Of a DNA stretch of 64,000 nucleotides, positions 28,505 through 37,245 are shown one piece after another. Source of the DNA: Capsulimonadaceae bacterium (GTDB taxonomy: Bacteria; Armatimonadota; Armatimonadia; Armatimonadales; Capsulimonadaceae); contig OZ244065.1 of NCBI GenBank assembly GCA_965215505.1, positions 3,360,001 through 3,424,000 on the forward strand. Direction: 5' to 3'. Numbering within the stretch: position 1 is the first letter of the stretch; the number at the start of each line of letters is the position of its first letter. Below the pieces are notes generated by a model that saw only the letters and a program-made list of their open reading frames with translations, ran no database searches and was not told the origin of the DNA. Position numbers and translations under genes: made by a program.

Positions 28505-28651
28505 TGCAGGAGGGAGGGGGTGAAGAGGGAGGGGGGACCCCGCCCTCCCTCTTCTGCCTGCATTCCCCCGTTGCCCCCGCCCGCACGCAGGGATTCACGC
28601 CCCTAGCGTCGAACAGACGTAACCAAACGGACTCAGAAGGGCGGAGACAAC

Positions 28652-31021
28652 GTGCGTCACACAAGCCTGTTCAACGGCGGCTGGAAATTCCATCTCGGGG
28701 ACGCGCCGGGCGCGGAAGCGCCCGCGTTCGATGACGGCGCGTGGCGGCCCCTCAGCCTGCCGCACGACTGGAGCATCGAAGGCGAGTTTGATGCTAAGTG
28801 GGCCAGCGCGACCGGGTATCTGCCCGGCGGCATCGGCTGGTATCGGAAATCGTTCGCCGCCCCGGACGGCCCCGCCGGCAAACAAGTCTCCCTGCACTTC
28901 GACGGCGTCTACTGTAACGCCGAAGTCTGGGTCAACGGCCACTTCTTGGGCAAACGGCCCAACGGCTTCGCCTCGTTCCAGCATGACCTGACGCCTCACC
29001 TGCGGGCCGACGCCGAAAACGCCGTCGCCGTCCGCGTGGATCACACCCAGTTCGGTGATGCCCGCTGGTACACCGGCTCGGGCATCTACCGCGATGTCCG
29101 GCTCGTCGTGACTGGCCCCGTCTACATCAAGACCTGGGGCGTCTGCGTCACCACGCCCCTCGTCTCGCCCAACATGGCCCAGATGCAGGCCGAAGTGACG
29201 GTGCAGAACCACGCCGACGCGCCCGCCTCGGTGGAGATCCGTCTGACCCTGCTCGACCCGTCAGGCGGAGTCGTGACGGAAGGCCATGCATCCGCCCTCA
29301 TCCCGCCCGGCGGAGGGGCGGCGATGGGGGACGTACTTTCGGTCCCCGGCCCGCGCCTCTGGTCCCCGGAAACTCCCGCGCTTTACACCCTGCGGGCAGA
29401 GGTCATTCACGGCGGCGCGGTCGTGGACGCCGAAGACACCCCCGTCGGCATCCGCTCCATTCGGTTTGACCCCGACGAAGGCTTTTTCCTCAACGATCAA
29501 AACATAAAGCTGAAGGGCGTCTGCCTGCACGATGACGCCGGGGCTTTAGGAGTGGCCGTGCCGCCGAAGGTCTGGGAGCGGCGGTTGAAGACGCTCAAAG
29601 CGGGCGGCGTGAATGCCGTCCGCATGGCGCATAACCCGCACCTGCCCGCCCTCTATGACCTCTGCGACCGGCTGGGCCTGATGGTCCAGGACGAGGCGTT
29701 TGACGAGTGGGAACGCGGCAAGAACAAATGGATCGAGGGCTGGAACGTCGGCACACCGGGGCAGGACGGGCCGCACGAGCATTTTGAGGAGTGGGGCGAG
29801 GCGGACTTGCGCGCCATGGTCCTGCGCGACCGGAACCACCCGAGCGTCATCATGTGGAGCATCGGCAACGAGATAGACTACCCGAACGACCCCTACACGC
29901 ACGAGGCCCTGGACCGGGGGGCCAGCCCGCAGTCCTATGGCCTGGGCCAGAGGGCGGGGCAGCCGCACGGCGACCGCCTGGACGAGATCGCCCGGCGTCT
30001 GGCCGCCGTCGTCCGCGAACTCGACCCGACGCGCCCCGTCACGGCGGGCCTGGCCTCCGCCCTGATGTCAAACGAGGTCGGGTTCGCCGACGCGCTGGAC
30101 GTGGCCGGCTACAACTACCAGGAGGACCGCTACCCCGCCGACCACGCCCGCTACCCGTCGCGCGTCCTGTACGGCAGCGAGAACGGGATGCGCTGGGACT
30201 TCTGGGCGGCAGTCGCCGATAACCCCTACGTCTGCGGGCAGTTCCTCTGGACCGGCATTGACTACCTCGGCGAAGCGGGGAAGTGGCCCGCCCGCAGCAA
30301 CGGCGCGGGGCTGCTGGATCTCGCGGGCCTGCCGAAGCCCGAGTACTTCTACCGTCAAAGCCTCTGGGCCGAGGCCCCCATGGTCTATCTCGGCACCCGC
30401 ACCGTCCCCGAGGGCGCGGAAGCCGGCTCGCTGTGGAGCCACAAGGAGGCCGCGCCCGTCTGGGCCGGTGTGGAAGGCGTCCCCGTCCGCGTGGTCTGCT
30501 TCACGAACTGCGAAGCCGCCGAACTCTTCTTGAACAGTCGTTCCCTCGGCGTCAAGCGGCTCGCCGACGCTCCCGACCGCGTACTGTGGTGGGACGTCCC
30601 CTACGCCCCCGGAACGCTGACGGCTGAGGGCCTGAACGACGGCAGAACGGCCTGCACGTCCGCGCTTCAGACGAGCGGCCCGGCGCGGAAGCTCCTCGCC
30701 GAAGCCGACACGCTCACCCTCGCCGCCGACGGCATCGATCTGGCCCACATCACCGTCACCATTGCCGACGCAGACGGCCTCCCCGTCTACGCCGCCGACC
30801 ACGAAGTCACCTGGACCGTCGAAGGGCCTGCCCGCCTGCTCGGCCTGGAGAGCGGCGACCACGCCAGCCACGAGGACTACCAATCCCCCGCGCGCCGGGC
30901 ATATCATGGGCGGCTGCTGGGCTATGTGCAGGCAGGGGAAGAGAGTGGGGAGATCATAGTGCGTGTCACCGCGCCCGGCCTGGAGGAAGCCGCCGTGACG
31001 CTGCGAATTGGCGCGGCGTGA
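28652..31021 (+). CDS. GH2 beta-galactosidase-like glycoside hydrolase, no signal peptide
   Basis: 'LPHDWSIE', 'FDGVY', 'RWYTGSGIYRDV', 'KLKGVCLH.D.GALG', 'RDRNHPSVIMWSIGNE', 'WTGIDYLGE'. Confidence 0.93.
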   Translation: MRHTSLFNGGWKFHLGDAPGAEAPAFDDGAWRPLSLPHDWSIEGEFDAKWASATGYLPGGIGWYRKSFAAPDGPAGKQVSLHFDGVYCNAEVWVNGHFLGKRPNGFASFQHDLTPHLRADAENAVAVRVDHTQFGDARWYTGSGIYRDVRLVVTGPVYIKTWGVCVTTPLVSPNMAQMQAEVTVQNHADAPASVEIRLTLLDPSGGVVTEGHASALIPPGGGAAMGDVLSVPGPRLWSPETPALYTLRAEVIHGGAVVDAEDTPVGIRSIRFDPDEGFFLNDQNIKLKGVCLHDDAGALGVAVPPKVWERRLKTLKAGGVNAVRMAHNPHLPALYDLCDRLGLMVQDEAFDEWERGKNKWIEGWNVGTPGQDGPHEHFEEWGEADLRAMVLRDRNHPSVIMWSIGNEIDYPNDPYTHEALDRGASPQSYGLGQRAGQPHGDRLDEIARRLAAVVRELDPTRPVTAGLASALMSNEVGFADALDVAGYNYQEDRYPADHARYPSRVLYGSENGMRWDFWAAVADNPYVCGQFLWTGIDYLGEAGKWPARSNGAGLLDLAGLPKPEYFYRQSLWAEAPMVYLGTRTVPEGAEAGSLWSHKEAAPVWAGVEGVPVRVVCFTNCEAAELFLNSRSLGVKRLADAPDRVLWWDVPYAPGTLTAEGLNDGRTACTSALQTSGPARKLLAEADTLTLAADGIDLAHITVTIADADGLPVYAADHEVTWTVEGPARLLGLESGDHASHEDYQSPARRAYHGRLLGYVQAGEESGEIIVRVTAPGLEEAAVTLRIGAA

Positions 31022-31068
31022 TGCGGCGCGCGGGGTGGCGCGGCGTGATGCGGGGAACACAATAAAGA

Positions 31069-31145
31069 AGGGCGGACACGAGGTTCGCCCCTACGTCCAT
31101 ACATTCGCCTCTCTGCCCCGTAGGGGCGAACCTTGTGTTCGCCCT
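31069..31145. repeat. GTAG-type REP inverted doublet
   Basis: Minus-strand copy ending CTAC at 31094 and plus-strand GTAGGGGCGAACCTTGTGTTCGCCCT at 31120, between convergent genes. Confidence 0.85.
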
Positions 31146-31216
31146 TCTCGTGTCCGCCCTTCCCCTCTGCTCTCCCATCCGCCTTCCCAATCCAGCGTCA
31201 TCCCTCAGCCCGTGCC

Positions 31217-32224
31217 TCACCCCACGTCCTCCACCCGCACCTCACGCCCCAGCCGCGCCGACTCATAGCCTGCCAGGACCACGCGCAGGTTCTCCCGCCC
31301 GGCCTCGCCGGGCGCGGGGTTCGGCGCACCGTCCAGCACCACGTCCAGGTAGTTGCCGATCATGGCGGCGAAGTCGTCCCCGCGCTCCGCAATCAGCACC
31401 TCGCGCCGGTCCGGCAGGTCGGGCCGGTGCAGGACCAGAGCGCCGAGCGGCCCGCCCAATGTTAATGCCCCGTCCGTCCCGTAGGCGATGAAGTTCGGCT
31501 GGGGGACCCAGGTGCCCGCCGCCTGTGAGGAAAAGAGCGTCCCCAGGTGCCCGCCTTCATAGCGGGCGCTCAGAGCCGAAGTGTCTTCGCCGCCCAACTC
31601 CTCCCGGAACCGGGTGGTCAGGCAGGAAACGGACTCAATCGGCCCGGCGATCTTCAGCATCAGGGCGAGGGCGTGGATGCCGCTGTCCAGGAGCTGCCCG
31701 CCGCCCGTGACGGCCGGGTCGTAGCGCCAGGCCGTCCCAAGGATCTTGCCGCCCTGCCAGTACGCAAAGGTGGCCTGCGTCCCGACCAGACGCCCGATGC
31801 GGCCCGCCGCGACGGCGCGTTCGGCCTGCACGGCGGCCGGCAAAGTCAGGTTCGTCTCGCCGTAGTAGAGGGTGACGCCTGACTCTTGGGCCGCCGCGAT
31901 CATGGCGTCGCACTCGGCCAGCGTTTTCGCCAGCGGCTTCTGGCACAGGACGTGCTTGCCGGCCCGCGCGGCGGCGACGGCGGCCTCGGCGTGGAGGTGG
32001 TGCGGCGTGCAGATCTCCACCGCGTCTACCGTCGGGTCAGCCAGGACCTCCTCGAACGTGGCGACGCGGGCGTCCCCGGCCAACGCGGCGCGCGCGGCAG
32101 CCGCCTCGGGGTCAATGTCGCAGCAGGCCGTGATCCGCGCCCGGTCCGCGTGTTTCTGGTAGGCCTTGATGTGGTTCTCGCTGATGAGGCCGCACCCGAG
32201 CAGGGCGACGTTCAGGACTTTCAT
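31217..32224 (-). CDS. Gfo/Idh/MocA family NAD(P)-dependent oxidoreductase
   Basis: 'VALLGCGLIS', 'DAVEICTPHHLH', 'AGKHVLCQKP', 'GGGQLLDSGIH'. Confidence 0.92.
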   Translation of the reverse strand: MKVLNVALLGCGLISENHIKAYQKHADRARITACCDIDPEAAAARAALAGDARVATFEEVLADPTVDAVEICTPHHLHAEAAVAAARAGKHVLCQKPLAKTLAECDAMIAAAQESGVTLYYGETNLTLPAAVQAERAVAAGRIGRLVGTQATFAYWQGGKILGTAWRYDPAVTGGGQLLDSGIHALALMLKIAGPIESVSCLTTRFREELGGEDTSALSARYEGGHLGTLFSSQAAGTWVPQPNFIAYGTDGALTLGGPLGALVLHRPDLPDRREVLIAERGDDFAAMIGNYLDVVLDGAPNPAPGEAGRENLRVVLAGYESARLGREVRVEDVG

Positions 32225-32245
32225 GGCAGGACTTTCCGCGTTTTT

Positions 32246-34375
32246 TCATGCCTCGACTCGAAGCGTCATCTCCTGCCGGATGTCGGCGGAGGACGCGCCG
32301 ACCAGGAGCTGGACCGCGCCGTCCTCCACGACGAACCCGTGCCGGGCCGCATCCCAATACGAAAGCAGCGAAGCCGGCAGCGGCAGCGTGACCGTCTTCA
32401 TCTCCCCCGGCGCGAGCGTGACGCGGGCGAAGCCCTTTAGCGCCTTGGGCGGTCGTTCCACCGCCGAATCCAGGTGCTTCACATAAAGCTGGACCACCTC
32501 GTCGCCCGCGCGTTCCCCCGTGTTCGTCACGTCCACGCTGACCTCGACCGCGCCGCCCGCCGTCACCGCGTCCGCACTCGTCCGCAGGTTCGCATAGCCG
32601 AAGGTCGTGTAGCTGAGGCCGTACCCGAAGGGGTACAGCGGCTTGCCCTGGAAATACTGGTAGGTGCGGCCGTTTCGGATGTCGTAGTCCATCATTGGCG
32701 GGAGCTGTTCCAGCGAGGCGGGCCAGGTCTGCACCAGCCGACCGCCGGGATTGTAGTCGCCGAACAGAACGTCCGCCAGGGCGTTCCCCTGCTCCTGGCT
32801 GTTCTGCGTCAGGTGCAGGATAGCCGGGACGTTCTCCTGCGCCCAATTGATCGCATAGGGGAACGAGGACAGCAGCACGACGACCGTGCGCGGGTTCGCC
32901 GCGTACACTTGTTTGATCAGCTCCTCCTGGCCCGGCTCAAGCGAAATGCTCTGGCGGTCTACGGCTTCGCGGCCCTCGTCCGGCGAGTTGACCTTGGCCC
33001 AGCCGCCCGCGCCGACCGGGTTGTTGCCGACGACGACGATGGCGACGTCGGACGACGCGGCTAGCGCCACGGCTGCTGCGGCATCGCCCCCGTCGGCATA
33101 CTGCACCGACGCGCCCGCCCCGACCGCCTCCCGGATGCCCGCCAATGGCGTGACCGCGTAGGGCGGCGAGCCGCTGTACCAGTCCAGCAGGACCGTGTCG
33201 GCGCGCGGGCCGAGGACGGCGAGCGACCTCCCCGCGCCCCGGTCCAGAGGCAGCAGGCCACCGCTGTTTTTCAGCAGCACGGCCGACTTCCGCGTCACCG
33301 AGCGGACGGCGGTCCGGCTCGTCTCGGACAGCCAGGGTTCCGCCTCGCCGTCCGCCCCGATCTTGCTGTAGGGGACACGGCCCGGCGGGTCCAGCAGGCC
33401 CAGCCGGAGCATAACCCGGAAGTCGCCGCGCAGGGCGGCATCCACTTCCGCCTCGGTCAGCAGGCCGGTTTCCAAAGCCTCGGTCGTCGGCGCGCTGTGG
33501 TCATCGAGGAACTGGCCGATGCCGGCCTTGACGATGGCGGCGCAGGCCTGCGCCTGGTCGGGGAAGGCTTTGTGGTCGGTGACCAATAGCTTCATCGCCC
33601 CGCCGTCGGTGCAGATGATGCCGTCGTTGCCCCACTCGGCGACCGTGATCTCTTTGAGCATCGGGTGGACGGCACAGGGGATGCCGTTGTACGAGTTATA
33701 CGCGGCCATGTAGGCACGCGACCCGGCCTCGATCCCCATGCGGAACGGGACCGAATAATACTCGCGGAACAGCCTCTCGTCGAAGTCAGACGACGAACTC
33801 TCGCGCCCGTCCTCGTTGGAGTTGGCTAGAAAGTGCTTCATCAGCGACGCGGATTGCCAGTAGACCGGGTGGTCGCCCTGAAGACCGCGCACGAAGGCCT
33901 GGGTCAAGGTGCCGTTGAGGAACGGGTCTTCGCCGTAGCACTCCTCCGTCCGCCCCCAGCGCGGGTCGCGGCCCAGGTCCGCGTTCGGGGCGCGGACGAC
34001 CAGCCCGCCCCGCTTGTAGCGGTCGCTCTGCGCCATGTAGCGGACCTCGTAGCCCTCAATGGCGGCGGCCTCCTGAACGGCGATCGGGTCCCAGGTCTGG
34101 CCCAGCCCGATCTCCTGCGGGAACGTCGTGGTGGCGACCGGCTGCTTGTCGCCGTCGAACTTGCCCCATCCGCCCGGCTCGCCCATCGCCAGCCCGTGCA
34201 GGCCCTCCACATGGCCGCTCCCCTTGATGCCCAGGCGCGGGATGCTGGGGTCGGTGCCCAGGCAGAACACTTTTTCTTCCAGTGTCAGGAGGCCGAGGAT
34301 GCTGTCAATGCGCTCCTCGGCGGGCAGATCCGGGTTCTGGAAGGGGTAATCGAAGGCTGTCGTCTCTGGTTCCAT
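32246..34375 (-). CDS. GH3 beta-glucosidase/xylosidase, no signal peptide
   Basis: 'RDPRWGRTEECYGED', 'KHF', 'CTDGG', 'EAVDR', 'LYPFGYGLSY', Fn3-like C-terminus; ATG 34375. Confidence 0.93.
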   Translation of the reverse strand: MEPETTAFDYPFQNPDLPAEERIDSILGLLTLEEKVFCLGTDPSIPRLGIKGSGHVEGLHGLAMGEPGGWGKFDGDKQPVATTTFPQEIGLGQTWDPIAVQEAAAIEGYEVRYMAQSDRYKRGGLVVRAPNADLGRDPRWGRTEECYGEDPFLNGTLTQAFVRGLQGDHPVYWQSASLMKHFLANSNEDGRESSSSDFDERLFREYYSVPFRMGIEAGSRAYMAAYNSYNGIPCAVHPMLKEITVAEWGNDGIICTDGGAMKLLVTDHKAFPDQAQACAAIVKAGIGQFLDDHSAPTTEALETGLLTEAEVDAALRGDFRVMLRLGLLDPPGRVPYSKIGADGEAEPWLSETSRTAVRSVTRKSAVLLKNSGGLLPLDRGAGRSLAVLGPRADTVLLDWYSGSPPYAVTPLAGIREAVGAGASVQYADGGDAAAAVALAASSDVAIVVVGNNPVGAGGWAKVNSPDEGREAVDRQSISLEPGQEELIKQVYAANPRTVVVLLSSFPYAINWAQENVPAILHLTQNSQEQGNALADVLFGDYNPGGRLVQTWPASLEQLPPMMDYDIRNGRTYQYFQGKPLYPFGYGLSYTTFGYANLRTSADAVTAGGAVEVSVDVTNTGERAGDEVVQLYVKHLDSAVERPPKALKGFARVTLAPGEMKTVTLPLPASLLSYWDAARHGFVVEDGAVQLLVGASSADIRQEMTLRVEA

Positions 34376-34420
34376 AGGTTCTTTCTGGTGACTGGTGCAG
34401 CGAAGACGCGAGAGAGTGGC

Positions 34421-34537
34421 CGAGTGGTTGAAAACCACTCGCTAGGAGAAGCGTCCTGCGGACGGGCAGAGGCGGCGCGCGGACTCCGTCTTGTGTCCGC
34501 AGGACACCTGGCCTAGCGAGTGGTTTTCAACCACTCG
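34421..34537. repeat. Nested palindromic doublet, family B
   Basis: CGAGTGGTTGAAAACCACTCG-CTAGG..GTCCTGCGGAC ... GTCCGCAGGAC..CCTAG-CGAGTGGTTTTCAACCACTCG. Confidence 0.92.
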
Positions 34538-34741
34538 GCGCGGCTTCTGGCGCGGCCACCCGGCGCGGCTTCTGGCGCGGCCACCCGGCGCGGCTTCTGG
34601 CGCGGCCACCCGGCGCGGCTTCTGGCGCGGCCACCCGGCGCGGCTTCTGGCGCGGCCACCCGGCGCGGCTTCTGGCGCGGCCACCCGGCGCGGCTTCTGG
34701 CGCGGCCACCCGGCGCGGCTTCTGGCGCGGCCACCCGGCGC
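34536..34741. repeat. 25-bp perfect tandem repeat x8 (VNTR)
   Basis: CGGCGCGGCTTCTGGCGCGGCCACC at 34536, 34561 ... 34711 plus a partial unit; no spacers. Confidence 0.95.
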
Positions 34742-34760
34742 TTGCGGTTCGGCAGGAGAA

Positions 34761-34785
34761 GAGGGCGCGATAAATCGCGCCCCGC
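34761..34785 (-). repeat. REP variant with degenerate head tetranucleotide
   Basis: Minus strand GCGGGGCGCGATTTATCGCGCCCTC, same stem as the REPs at 13019 and 14476. Confidence 0.7.
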
Positions 34786-34808
34786 ATCCGGCCTTACGCT
34801 CTGGGAGG

Positions 34809-37064
34809 CTACCGCGCCGCCGCCCGTGCCGGGGCGGGGTCGGCGTAGAAGATGCCCCGGCCGTTACTGCCCATGTAGACACGGCCGTAGACGCGCGGGT
34901 CGCCCGTCACCGCCTGGCCGCTGTAGCCGTACTGGTGGGCGTCGTCGTTGATCCGGAGCCACGTCTGCCCGGCGTCGTCCGAGCGGAAGCAGCCCGAGGC
35001 ACCGCCGCGCGTGTCGCCGGTCAGGTAGAGGGCCGGGTAGTCATGGCCCGGCGCGGCCTTGCCGAAGCCCAGCCGCTGCGCGTCGGCGGCGTCCCCGACA
35101 TGAGAAAAGGTCGCCCCGCCGTCCGTCGAGTGGAAGACGCCGCGACCGCCCGCCGTCACCCACAGGTCGCCCGCGTGGCCCGGCGTCGCCCCAACCTCGC
35201 GCGCCCCGTTCGGCAGTGTCCCCCGAGCGGTGAAGGTCGCGCCGCCGTCCGTGCTGGCCAGCAGGCTGCCGCCCGATCTCAGGTAGAACGTCCCCGCCGT
35301 CACGCGGTCTGAAACCACCGAGGCCCTGCCGCCGGTCACCCCGGCGCAGGGCTGCCAGGTCGCGCCCTTGTCGCGCGAGAAGGCCGGGGCCGCCCCCTGT
35401 GCTGCCCACACGAAGGATGCCCCGTCGGCGGAAACGGCGATGCTGCCCGAGCCGCGCCCGCCCGCCGGGGCGCTCACGAACGGCGTCCAGGTGACGCCGT
35501 TGTCGGTGGAGTACGCACCGCCCGTCCCGCGCCCGCCCCGGCCCACCCGGACCACGAGCATCGGGTCATTCTCGGCGAAGTCGATGCTGTCGGTGTTGTT
35601 GAAGGTCGGGTTGGTGAACATGCCGCCGGACGGCGAAGCGGCGAACGACTCATGCCGGAACCCGCCGATGTCGCCCAGGCCGCTGATCAGGTGCGCGCCC
35701 GCCGGGGGGCTGACCAGGGTGATCACCGCCGTCTCTTCCAGGCCCGCCGCCCCCACCTTCCAGTGCGTCGGCAGGCCGGCGTCGAGGGCCGTCATGTCCT
35801 CGGTGGCGAAGATCGTCGCGCCGGTCCCGTATAGGACGTGGCCGGGGTGGAACGGGTCCAGAGCCAGCGACCCCATCCACCAGCCCAGACGCGGCGCTTT
35901 GTCGCCGAAGGTCAGGTACGGGGTCAAGGACCAGTCGCGGACGGACTTTGCGGCGATGTCCCCCCAGGTCTTGCCGCCGTCGAGGCTGCGGAACAGGGTG
36001 TCGCCGGGGTTCCAGCGGTCCATCGTCGTCACCATCACCGTCTGCGGGTGCAGGAGGTCAATGGTCAGCCCGGCATAGCCGAAGCCGCCCTTTTGGGGCG
36101 AGATGTCGGTCCAGGCGGCCGTCTTGGTGTCGTACTTCCAGACCGCCCCGCCGCTCATCCCGTTCGGGCCGGGCGCGTTGCCATACGTCACATACAAGGT
36201 CCCGTCGCGGCCCAAAACTCCCTGGTGCGGCAGCAGGCCCGTCGGCTGGCCCGCGACGGGTGCCCAGGTCGCCCCGGCGTCGTCACTGCGGTACAGGCCC
36301 GGCCCGTCCTGCGAGACGGCGGCGTAGATGACGCGGCTGGCCATCCCGCGCGTGCTTGAAGTGCGGTCGAACAGCTCGAAGATGACTCCGATGCCATTAG
36401 TGCGGCCCGTCACGGGGAAGGAGTCCACCTTGGCCCAGGTCGCCCCGGTGTCCACGCTCCGCCACAGGCCGTCGTTGCGCGACCCCATATAGAGGACGCT
36501 GTTCTTGTTCGGGTCTACCGCCAGTCGCTCGCCCGCCGAGCGGCCGTCCTCGTTGCCGCCCATCTTGAACGGGACATCGGTGCGCTTGAAGGTGCGCCCG
36601 CCGTCCGATGTCCGCACGATGGCCCCGTTGCTGCTGCCGCCGTTGGTGTAGGTGCCGAGGGCGAGGTAGAAACGGTTCGCATCAACCGGGTCCACGCCGA
36701 TGCTCTCGCAGCCGAGCAGGTTGCCGTCGCGGCCCCCCGCCCAGTCGTTGAGCGGGACCCAGTGTGCGGCAGCCTTGTCCCAGCGGTAGGCCCCGCCGAT
36801 GTCGGTCCGGGCGAAGTACAGCCCCTCACGGACGGGGCTGAAGATCAGCCCGTCCACGAACCCGCCCGCGATGACGGGGACGTTGCGCCAGACGTAAGGC
36901 CGGCTGGCCTCGGTCGGGGTCGCTTTGGTTACGCCTGCCGGTGCCGTGGTCGGCACCGCCTGGGCCGTGGCCGTCTTCGGCAGGCCGCTCAGGAGGAACG
37001 CCGCGCCGCCGCCTAGCAGGCAGGCCGCGAGGCCCGCGCCCAATTTCGCTTCGATGGATTTCAT
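34809..37064 (-). CDS. Secreted GH74 xyloglucanase
   Basis: 'W.NV...GGFVDG', 'ARTDIGGAYRW', 'GGNEDGRSAGERLAVDPN', 'GLEETAV', 'GDIGGFRH', SxDxGxTW repeats, 'GDPRVYGRVY.G.NGRGI'; ATG 37064 with AAGGA site. Confidence 0.93.
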   Translation of the reverse strand: MKSIEAKLGAGLAACLLGGGAAFLLSGLPKTATAQAVPTTAPAGVTKATPTEASRPYVWRNVPVIAGGFVDGLIFSPVREGLYFARTDIGGAYRWDKAAAHWVPLNDWAGGRDGNLLGCESIGVDPVDANRFYLALGTYTNGGSSNGAIVRTSDGGRTFKRTDVPFKMGGNEDGRSAGERLAVDPNKNSVLYMGSRNDGLWRSVDTGATWAKVDSFPVTGRTNGIGVIFELFDRTSSTRGMASRVIYAAVSQDGPGLYRSDDAGATWAPVAGQPTGLLPHQGVLGRDGTLYVTYGNAPGPNGMSGGAVWKYDTKTAAWTDISPQKGGFGYAGLTIDLLHPQTVMVTTMDRWNPGDTLFRSLDGGKTWGDIAAKSVRDWSLTPYLTFGDKAPRLGWWMGSLALDPFHPGHVLYGTGATIFATEDMTALDAGLPTHWKVGAAGLEETAVITLVSPPAGAHLISGLGDIGGFRHESFAASPSGGMFTNPTFNNTDSIDFAENDPMLVVRVGRGGRGTGGAYSTDNGVTWTPFVSAPAGGRGSGSIAVSADGASFVWAAQGAAPAFSRDKGATWQPCAGVTGGRASVVSDRVTAGTFYLRSGGSLLASTDGGATFTARGTLPNGAREVGATPGHAGDLWVTAGGRGVFHSTDGGATFSHVGDAADAQRLGFGKAAPGHDYPALYLTGDTRGGASGCFRSDDAGQTWLRINDDAHQYGYSGQAVTGDPRVYGRVYMGSNGRGIFYADPAPARAAAR

Positions 37065-37102
37065 GTATCTATTTCCTTTCAGAAAGGGTGTCGTGTCTCT
37101 GA

Positions 37103-37220
37103 CGAGTGGTTGAAAACCACTCGCTAGGCCAGGTGTCCTGCGGACATGAGATTCGCCCACGCGCCGGCCGTATTCCCGTCCGCAGGACGCTTTTCCTAGC
37201 GAGTGGTTTTCAACCACTCG
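37103..37220. repeat. Nested palindromic doublet, family B (inverted relative to the 34421 copy)
   Basis: Same terminal hairpins and GTCCTGCGGAC inner hairpins; different core. Confidence 0.92.
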
Positions 37221-37245
37221 ATTTGGCCCGGCAGAGGCTATTGTG

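Noticed and set aside
34536-34741. Possible CRISPR array (25-bp repeats)
   Set aside because: Units are head-to-tail with no spacers, and no cas genes are present in the window.
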